Position numbers and translations under genes: made by a program. From NCBI RefSeq assembly GCF_000015145.1, contig NC_008818.1, positions 330,001-362,000 of the forward strand: 32,000 bases of DNA. The letters are read 5' to 3'. Source of the DNA: Hyperthermus butylicus DSM 5456. Its GTDB lineage: Archaea; Thermoproteota; Thermoprotei_A; Sulfolobales; Pyrodictiaceae. The notes under the pieces are model-generated. The model searched no databases. It worked only from the letters and a program-made list of their open reading frames with translations, and had not been told where the DNA came from. Positions 25,882-32,000 of the stretch are shown here, one piece after another. Position 1 is the first letter of the stretch, and each line of letters opens with the position of its first letter.

Positions 25882-26763
25882 GTGGCTGCAATGAACATCC
25901 CTGTTGTGTCTCAAGTTTTGGCTGTGCTTGCTGCCGCGGGGATGCTATGGCTCTTCGCATTGAGCGTTGGTTACACTGCTGCGCTCAGCATGGCTGCTGC
26001 TAGCCTAGCTTTCAGCGCTATGAGTGTTATTGTGGCTGCACGCCGCCTCTACTTCCTCGCTGGCGCCTCGCCGCACTCTGCACTACTAGCAGCAACTATC
26101 GCCATACCACTCGCCTACAGTGTTGGAGGAGACCCCTACCTCTATGCTGTCCCCCTCAGCGTACTGCTGGTTTACATCGCTGGCTACATTATATACCGTG
26201 GCGTGGACCCCGATATAGCAACGTCGATACTCGTAGCCCTCTCAGCTTCTGGTTCCGTCACCGCCGTCTACTATGTTAAGACAGCGTTCCCGGTTAGCTA
26301 CGATGTCTCAGCCATAGTGTTTGGCGACCCGTTGCTAGTTACGAAACGCGAAACGTACATGGCTGTAGCAACTGCTGTCCTAGCTCTCGCACTGACTCTA
26401 CTAACCTACGTCGAGAACGTCTACCTTGGCGTCGACCGGGATTCCGCAAGGATTACAGGGCTGAGGGTGTGGCTCTACGACCTCCTGTTCTTCACTCTTC
26501 TAGGCGTGGTTGTGGCGGTTATGGTTAAGGTTGTAGGCTTTATCCTCGAGCACGTATTCATGCTTCTGCCTGGCGCTGCTGCCTCAGTGTCGGCTGGTAG
26601 TGCCCGGAGAGCGCTACTACTATCACTAGTACTCTCCTTCACAGCTATGGGACTGGGTGCTGGGTTGAGCCTGGCAACTGGTTTATCCCCATCGGGTGCT
26701 TCGGGCTTTGCAATGCTCGGCCTCTATGTTGTAGCCGTACTGGCAGGCAGGGGTCGCCAATAA
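25882..26763 (+). CDS. metal ABC transporter permease (ABC-3/ZnuB family)
   Basis: Polytopic hydrophobic 293-aa protein containing VDRDSARITGLRV, an EAA-like loop typical of ABC-3 permeases. It follows the substrate-binding-protein gene. Confidence 0.75.
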   Translation: MAAMNIPVVSQVLAVLAAAGMLWLFALSVGYTAALSMAAASLAFSAMSVIVAARRLYFLAGASPHSALLAATIAIPLAYSVGGDPYLYAVPLSVLLVYIAGYIIYRGVDPDIATSILVALSASGSVTAVYYVKTAFPVSYDVSAIVFGDPLLVTKRETYMAVATAVLALALTLLTYVENVYLGVDRDSARITGLRVWLYDLLFFTLLGVVVAVMVKVVGFILEHVFMLLPGAAASVSAGSARRALLLSLVLSFTAMGLGAGLSLATGLSPSGASGFAMLGLYVVAVLAGRGRQ

Positions 26764-27176
26764 TGCCTAGAAGGCGTAGGTTTGGGGTTTCGCTGCCGGA
26801 GAGGCTAGCAGAGAAGCTTGACGCGTTAACGAGGATAATGGGTGTTGACCGGTCTAAGCTTGTTGAGAGGGCTGTACAAATCCTCATAGAGGACTACGAG
26901 CACTATATCAGAGAGCATACCTGCTATGGCGTCATGATAGTCGTGCCCGGGGTTGATAACCAACACATCAGCGTCGGCAGGGTGTTCGAGAGCTTTAGGG
27001 ACATAGTGTTAGCATCATCCCATTACCACGTAGACGGGAGGTGTGTTGAAGTCGCCGTTGTCCGGGGCCCCTCGAAGAAGATTGCTGAGCTACACACCGA
27101 GCTTGAAAGGCTTGGGTGTAGGGTTAGATACGTACCCCTAGCCGGGCTCCCCGAGGATGGTGTAAACAATGGCTAG
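26763..27176 (+). CDS. nikR: NikR-family ribbon-helix-helix metal-responsive regulator
   Basis: The N-terminal RHH is RFGVSLPERLAEKLDAL...DRSKLVERAV. The C-terminal block SHYHVDGRCVEVAVVRG parallels E. coli NikR HVHINHDDCLEIAVLKG. The ATG overlaps the permease stop by 1 nt. Confidence 0.8.
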   Translation: MPRRRRFGVSLPERLAEKLDALTRIMGVDRSKLVERAVQILIEDYEHYIREHTCYGVMIVVPGVDNQHISVGRVFESFRDIVLASSHYHVDGRCVEVAVVRGPSKKIAELHTELERLGCRVRYVPLAGLPEDGVNNG

Positions 27177-27996
27177 CAGTGTGTGTGGATTTAGGCCGCG
27201 CTGGGTGCTGCTGGGGAGGCTCGCTGTCTCCGGCATGCCGTGCCAGGATGATGTCCCAAGGATAGCTTCTGTCTTCCGCACGGTTGTCTCGCTCTCGACC
27301 CCAATAGAGCATAGCAGCGGGCTTGCCTACGACCCCCGAAGCCTCCGGGGCCTCGTCGAGAGGCTCGTATGGCTCCCCGTGGGCGAGTATAACGCGCCGA
27401 GGCTTGGCGAGCTTGTAGAGGCTGTTGAGCGTGCTGTTGAGCCGGTACTTGTCCACTGCTACCGGGGCTGCGGCCGATCATCGGTCTACGCTGCTGCGTG
27501 GCTGGTGGCGCGCACCGGCGCCAGGCTCCCCGAGGCGCTGACCGGGGTTTCCTCGGCTACGGGCTGCAACGTGGAGACACGGCCCCAGCACGCAGTGCTC
27601 AGAGCCTTTGATACCCTCTACCAGCTAAGGGATAGGCCAGAGAGGCTCGGGGCCAGGGAGGAGTATGCATTGCTCCTCTACAGGGAGCTAAGGCCGAGAC
27701 TAAACAGTACTAGCCCCTTCAGCCCCGAGCTCATGGAAGCTGCTGGCCTCCTCGAGGAGAGGACGGGCTACAACATCGCCGATATAGAGGCCCGGCTAGC
27801 CCGGGACAGCATAGAGCTACGGGTCACCTGCTGGGTCGAACGTGGCGCTCACCCTGCTGCCGCAAGGAGCTGGGGCTGCAGACTCTCCGAGAATGATGTC
27901 ACGTCACTAGCTAGAATCCTTGGGAGGCTCGTGGGTGTGGATAAAATCCGCGTTAAGGTCGTTAGCTTGGAGCCGGAGCGTGTACCCTGGCTCTAG
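27169..27996 (+). CDS. Cys-based protein tyrosine/dual-specificity phosphatase domain protein with about 125-aa C-terminal extension
   Basis: HCX5R(S) signature VLVHCYRGCGRSS (27454-27480). The start overlaps the nikR stop by 8 nt. Confidence 0.7.
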   Translation: MASSVCGFRPRWVLLGRLAVSGMPCQDDVPRIASVFRTVVSLSTPIEHSSGLAYDPRSLRGLVERLVWLPVGEYNAPRLGELVEAVERAVEPVLVHCYRGCGRSSVYAAAWLVARTGARLPEALTGVSSATGCNVETRPQHAVLRAFDTLYQLRDRPERLGAREEYALLLYRELRPRLNSTSPFSPELMEAAGLLEERTGYNIADIEARLARDSIELRVTCWVERGAHPAAARSWGCRLSENDVTSLARILGRLVGVDKIRVKVVSLEPERVPWL

Positions 27997-30074
27997 ACTC
28001 TACTTGCAACAACTCCAAGCGCTATCCCTAGCGCTAGGAACACCAGAGCTACAAGCACCATGTTCAACGCCGGGACTAGGGGGACGCCTCCACCCGCAAC
28101 CGCCACTCCGGTACCCGTAGCGTTGGCTGTAGTTGTTGCCTCCTGCTGCGTCCCAGCTATAGTGGTTGATGTATTTGCTGTGTTTTCTGCTCCACCTGCT
28201 ACCACTGGCTGGCTAGACTGCACCGTTGCCGGATATGTACAGTTACAGCTACACGTAGCATTGGCTGGCTGTTGCGCGCCCTGCTCTGGCGGTGCCGCTG
28301 GCTTGGCGGCTAGTGTTGATAGTAGTATTGTGTAGCTTGCAGCCTCGACATAGAGCGCTAGTTTGGCCTGCATGTCGGCTAGCGTGCCTGCATATTCGCG
28401 ATACATGAGGGGTATTAGTGGGGTTACACCCTGCCGCCTCAGCACCAGCGCTAGTAGCTGGTTTAGGCTCACCTCGGCAGCTGCCACAGCATTCTCAACG
28501 CTAACGCTGAATGCACTGTGTAGCAGCGCTGCCAGGTCTGCGAGGCTGCGGACTGTCAGCGAGAGGGCATGGAGCATATCAAGCACGGTGTTTGCCTCTT
28601 CCAGCACCGCGTATGCTTGTGATATAGTCTGCATTAGCTCTGACGTGTCTACACCGAGCGTCTCCAGGTACTCCGCGCCAGACCTAGCGAAGTAGAGGTA
28701 GGTGTGTATAGCCTCGGTAAGCTTCTCCACTGTAACTGGGCTCCCATAGCTCCTAGCCTCGCTGATTAGCTTTGCCCACTGGAGGGCTGTGAGGGCACGA
28801 TAGTAGCCGTAGACGCTATAGTATAGCGCCTTTAGCGCGTATACCGGGGCTGTATACCTATCCGCTACAGCTACAGCCCTCACGTACTGCTGCGCACGCT
28901 CCACCGTATCATAGGCATCTTGCAGCCTCGAGTAGGCTGTTATCGCTATCTGGAGTGCAACATCCGTCAGATTACCGTTAACACTTGAAACCACTGTCTG
29001 ATTGGCTTCCCCGAGAAGTGTCAAGCTGGCATTAACAAGCCTCTCTGCATCATTAACAAGTTCTCCAACAAGATTTCTTGACGCCAACGCCTTGCCTGCA
29101 AGGCAGGCATAGGTAGCGCTTATAGCTGCTCTAAACGCTGCCGAGGCCGCGCTATAGTATGAGCCGTTTCCGAGATATTGCCTGCTGAGCGCTAACAGTC
29201 TCGCCGCCTCCCCAGCCACGGCTTCCAGGTCCGATATCAGGCTCGGGGGTAGCCCCGCCAGCCCCCTAGCCAAGCTATTCCAGCACGTGAGGTTGCCCCC
29301 GGCGAGCGCTGCAAAGCGAGCAGCTGTATCGTTAAGACTCTCGGCGAGCCAACCTGGGTAGCTTAGCGACCACACCCAGACAGTATCCTTCGCAAGCTCT
29401 CTATCACCCGTGGCTGCCACGTAGGCGTCGAGTATTGTCAGTGTGGGCTCCACCTTGACGCCAAGTTGCTCACCGAGAGCCCTGACATCAACTAGACCAC
29501 CAGTATTAAGATCATGGGCAAACGCTTGGCTTGCCGGGATAACGAACAGCTTCACACCCTTCTCGGCGACAGCCTCGAGCTTCTGCGGTATACCGCCAAC
29601 CGGCCCAAGCGTGGCATCGGGGTCAACCATACCGGTCATCGAGAAGTTTGAAGGTATACTCTTGCCGCGGAGGGCAGCAAGCACCGCGACAGCCATAGCA
29701 CCACTAGCACTAGGCCCACCAACGATCGGCGACTCAGCCCTCAAGTGTATGAAGTAGTCGTAGGAATGGTAGTCCACGCCGGCAAGCATAGAAGCCACGA
29801 GGACAGCCATGCGGGCGGCAGCTTGTGTGTCAAGCTCGGTCAGCGGATCAGCAGCAAAATACACCGTGCCGTTACCAGGCCATGCAACAGTCACAATAAG
29901 CTCCGACAGAACCCCAACATAGCGACCATCAACCATAGCAACAGCTGGTACAATAACATGAACACTACGCATCCAAACATACCCGCTAGACCCGCCAACT
30001 GCACCAGCAGCGACAGGCAGGGCGAGAGAAGCAGCTAAGAACGCCAGAACCATAGCGGCCAGGTACACTCTCAT
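27993..30074 (-). CDS. exported S16 (Lon protease C-terminal domain-like) serine peptidase with long helical region and C-terminal membrane anchor
   Basis: GGPSASGAMAVAVLAAL (Ser site) and GPVGGIPQKLEAV (Lys site). The signal-like N-terminus MRVYLAAMVLAFLAASLALPVAAG starts at ATG 30074, while the longest ORF starts at GTG 30182. There are at least 12 N-x-S/T sequons, a Thr-rich stalk and a terminal TM helix. Confidence 0.65.
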   Translation of the reverse strand: MRVYLAAMVLAFLAASLALPVAAGAVGGSSGYVWMRSVHVIVPAVAMVDGRYVGVLSELIVTVAWPGNGTVYFAADPLTELDTQAAARMAVLVASMLAGVDYHSYDYFIHLRAESPIVGGPSASGAMAVAVLAALRGKSIPSNFSMTGMVDPDATLGPVGGIPQKLEAVAEKGVKLFVIPASQAFAHDLNTGGLVDVRALGEQLGVKVEPTLTILDAYVAATGDRELAKDTVWVWSLSYPGWLAESLNDTAARFAALAGGNLTCWNSLARGLAGLPPSLISDLEAVAGEAARLLALSRQYLGNGSYYSAASAAFRAAISATYACLAGKALASRNLVGELVNDAERLVNASLTLLGEANQTVVSSVNGNLTDVALQIAITAYSRLQDAYDTVERAQQYVRAVAVADRYTAPVYALKALYYSVYGYYRALTALQWAKLISEARSYGSPVTVEKLTEAIHTYLYFARSGAEYLETLGVDTSELMQTISQAYAVLEEANTVLDMLHALSLTVRSLADLAALLHSAFSVSVENAVAAAEVSLNQLLALVLRRQGVTPLIPLMYREYAGTLADMQAKLALYVEAASYTILLSTLAAKPAAPPEQGAQQPANATCSCNCTYPATVQSSQPVVAGGAENTANTSTTIAGTQQEATTTANATGTGVAVAGGGVPLVPALNMVLVALVFLALGIALGVVASRV

Positions 30075-30307
30075 ACCACAGACCCCCAAACCGGTACAGA
30101 GAAGAGCTAAGGGGATAAACGCATAGCTCCCCTCAGCCTCCGCCGTATATACGCTCACAGCCCCCGGCCCAAGGGCTCGCACCTAGCGAACGCTCATCAC
30201 CAGCCGGACACCACGAGAAACACATAACCCCATGAACCGTAAAGAATTTACTCCACGCCACATAGAGTGAAGGATTACCGTGGAGCCCACAGCCCGGGAA
30301 AAGGGCT

Positions 30308-30385
30308 GGGCCCGTCGTCTAGCCTGGTTAGGACGCCGCCCTTACACGGCGGAGGTCCGGGGTTCAAATCCCCGCGGGCCCACCA
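30308..30385 (+). tRNA. tRNA-Val: tRNA-Val (anticodon UAC), CCA encoded
   Basis: Hand-folded cloverleaf. Acceptor stem GGGCCCG/CGGGCCC, D stem GTCT/GGAC, anticodon stem CCGCC/GGCGG with loop CTTACAC, T stem CGGGG/CCCCG with loop TTCAAAT, discriminator A, then CCA. Confidence 0.9.
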
Positions 30386-30669
30386 TGTACAACATAGTTC
30401 TCCTCCCTTCTCCATTTCGTCGTGCCCTCAGAGTCAAGAGCATTGGTTCATGTATTGCAGCTTTCCTAAATAAAGTGCTGTTGTATACGCTACCACCTCC
30501 AAGCAACGGGAAATAGTGTATCTAGGGCTTAGAGGTCGGCGCTCTGTCTTGGCTGGGCTATGGGCCCATTGTCTCCCAGTGTCTCTTAATACAGCACCTA
30601 TCTGCAGTAATTAGGTTAATAATACTCTCCACTGCCTCTCCTACTGAGTTTAATGCTACAATGTTGCCC

Positions 30670-31065
30670 TCAGCTTCTGCTGATACCGCGGTCAGCTTCA
30701 ATATACACTATACAACCACCCAATGCTCTAACATAGTCTGCAAGTTCTCTAAATCCCTCCACCACGATGACTTGAACTCCATGACTTAGGGCTAAATCTA
30801 GGGCGTATTCAAGCCCTATAGCTCTCCTTACCACAACCATGTACTCTTCAGGTGAGACCGCGATAACGGGTGATGCGCCAGCCTCAAGGTATCTACCGGT
30901 ATCCTTTACGCGATAGTCCACGTGAGGTTGGTGGATATGTTTAATTGCAGCAACGTGATAGCCTTGCTCTGTTAAGTGTCTTGTAAGCGAGGTACCTAAG
31001 AGAGTCTTGCCGTGACCCCGACCTGCTGCAGTAATGAGAACTATGGACTTGCAGGCTGTTCGCAG
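30670..31065 (-). CDS. mobB: MobB-like molybdopterin-guanine dinucleotide biosynthesis adapter P-loop protein; start codon non-canonical or gene degraded
   Basis: Hand translation upstream of the track ORF gives SIVLITAAGRGHGKTLLGTSLTRHLTEQGYHVAAIKHIHQPHVDYRVKDTGRYLEAGA...VIVVEGF. This parallels E. coli MobB (GTGKTTLL...IKHTHHDMDVDKPGKDSYELRKAGA...LVEGF). The proposed CTG start at 31065 lies 8 nt after GGAGGTG (31080-31074). Confidence 0.55.
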   Translation of the reverse strand: MRTACKSIVLITAAGRGHGKTLLGTSLTRHLTEQGYHVAAIKHIHQPHVDYRVKDTGRYLEAGASPVIAVSPEEYMVVVRRAIGLEYALDLALSHGVQVIVVEGFRELADYVRALGGCIVYIEADRGISRS

Positions 31066-31143
31066 TCTACTAGCACCTCCAGGAGTATGGGCTGGAGGCT
31101 TGAATAGTTAAAAATACAAGAGCTTGATTTGTGTAGCAGAGTT

Positions 31144-31151
31144 AAAAAAAA
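31144..31151 (-). terminator. oligo-T tract (T8 on minus strand) after the membrane-protein gene
   Basis: A8 on the plus strand, equal to T8 on the minus strand, begins 16 nt downstream of the stop at 31167. Confidence 0.35.
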
Positions 31152-31166
31152 TGTGGGGAACAGACT

Positions 31167-32000
31167 CTACCGGAATAATAGCAGCCTTCTAGGCTTCTCG
31201 TAGGGTTCTACAGCTAGTATTTGCAGGCCAAGCACATATAGCAGGAGCCATAGCCCTATTGCGCCTATGACTGAGGCCAGCTCTGCTCTGCTCGTTAGTA
31301 GCTCGTGCAGTGCTTCTTCTGCATAGTTCTCGCCTATAGAATGTAGTGCTAGTGCGTGGTAGTCTTCTAGTGCTTCAAGCCTTACTACCTGGCCAGCAGC
31401 GACAACACTATGTAGTAGCGTGAAGCCGCCCAGCACAGCTAGTACTGAGGCTAACAGTAGTGCTGCACCAGCCTTTCTCCACGTAGCTATGAGACCTAGT
31501 GATATAGGTACTATAACAGCTAGCAGTATTGAGAGCCAGAAGAGCCCCGCCAACTCACCGGACGTCAGTATTTCTGCCGTCTTTTCTGCGAGCCCCCATC
31601 CTGTCTGCTGTAGTAGCATCCACCCAGTAATGAATCCTACAGCGAGCGCCATACCTGCAAGCTCCTTAGACACTGATGGTATATTGTGACGCCACTCTTC
31701 AAGAGAGAGCTTCGAGGCAGCCCTCGCAACTACTCCCAAGCCTATTGCTATCCATGCAGCACCAAGCATGAATGCTAGCGCTATATTGAACACGCCCAGT
31801 GGAGCGGCGAACCAGCCTGGTATAGCGACGTTGTAGCCGAATGCTAGCGCAAGGTTGTACTCTAGCGCTAGGCTTGCTAGCAGCCCTCCCACTAGCAGCG
31901 CCTTGCCAAGCCCTGTGTAGAGGCTGTCTTCTCCCTTGTTAAACACGTAGACCATTGTCGCTAGTAGGAATGCCGCGTACACTATGTATAGTATGCCGTT
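31167..32000 (-). CDS. polytopic membrane protein, possibly an NrfD/PsrC-type anchor subunit of a molybdopterin oxidoreductase (5' end outside window)
   Basis: The reading frame stays open to base 32000 (..NGILYIV..). It has multiple hydrophobic helices and sits directly upstream of the mobB-like gene. The family call rests on general resemblance and context only. Confidence 0.35.
   Translation of the reverse strand, partial: NGILYIVYAAFLLATMVYVFNKGEDSLYTGLGKALLVGGLLASLALEYNLALAFGYNVAIPGWFAAPLGVFNIALAFMLGAAWIAIGLGVVARAASKLSLEEWRHNIPSVSKELAGMALAVGFITGWMLLQQTGWGLAEKTAEILTSGELAGLFWLSILLAVIVPISLGLIATWRKAGAALLLASVLAVLGGFTLLHSVVAAGQVVRLEALEDYHALALHSIGENYAEEALHELLTSRAELASVIGAIGLWLLLYVLGLQILAVEPYEKPRRLLLFR

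Noticed and set aside
30308-30669. tRNA-Val as a possible integration site, followed by a lower-GC 280-nt gap.
   Set aside because: I found no second copy of the tRNA 3' half anywhere in the window and no integrase or other mobile-element gene adjacent to it.
1-32000. Scan of the whole window for CRISPR arrays, rRNA, IS elements and long terminal inverted repeats.
   Set aside because: I saw no regularly spaced repeats of 24-40 nt, no rRNA-like conserved stretches, and no transposase or integrase motifs in any ORF.

Overview
This 32 kb chromosomal segment looks archaeal, most likely from a hyperthermophilic crenarchaeon. That assignment is inference from several observations: an archaeal-type phosphopantothenate synthetase, a tungsten aldehyde:ferredoxin oxidoreductase, a PP1-arch type phosphatase, TATA-like boxes about 25 nt upstream of gene starts, frequent GTG/TTG starts, and very GC-rich coding strands that generate many antisense shadow ORFs. 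I can support about 30 protein genes. The recognisable ones are CoA biosynthesis (PPS), a degenerate C-N hydrolase plus a SAM methyltransferase, an orphan HerA-like ATPase, a HemN-like radical SAM protein and two MscS paralogs. Also recognisable are AOR, a PPP phosphatase, a DHH phosphoesterase, a divergent metal ABC uptake locus with nikR and a Cys-based phosphatase, an exported S16/Lon-like protease, a mobB-like gene and a partial polytopic membrane protein. There is one tRNA-Val(UAC). I saw no rRNA, CRISPR array, transposase or integrase. The best candidate for an undescribed system is the tightly packed co-directional cluster at about 18.98-23.97 kb. It holds a large P-loop NTPase with a long helical tail, a 43-aa ORF, a PaREP1/HEPN-like helical protein, a small protein and a tRNA-binding-domain protein. 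Other points worth a second look:
- an 84% GC three-hairpin element upstream of aor
- two candidate C/D box sRNAs flanking a Gly-zipper membrane gene
- a palindromic bidirectional TATA box bracketed by 11-nt direct repeats in the metal-uptake promoter
- a mobB-like gene whose P-loop lies upstream of any canonical start codon
- a low-GC island at the left edge
All functional calls come from motif recognition by eye. No database search was run.
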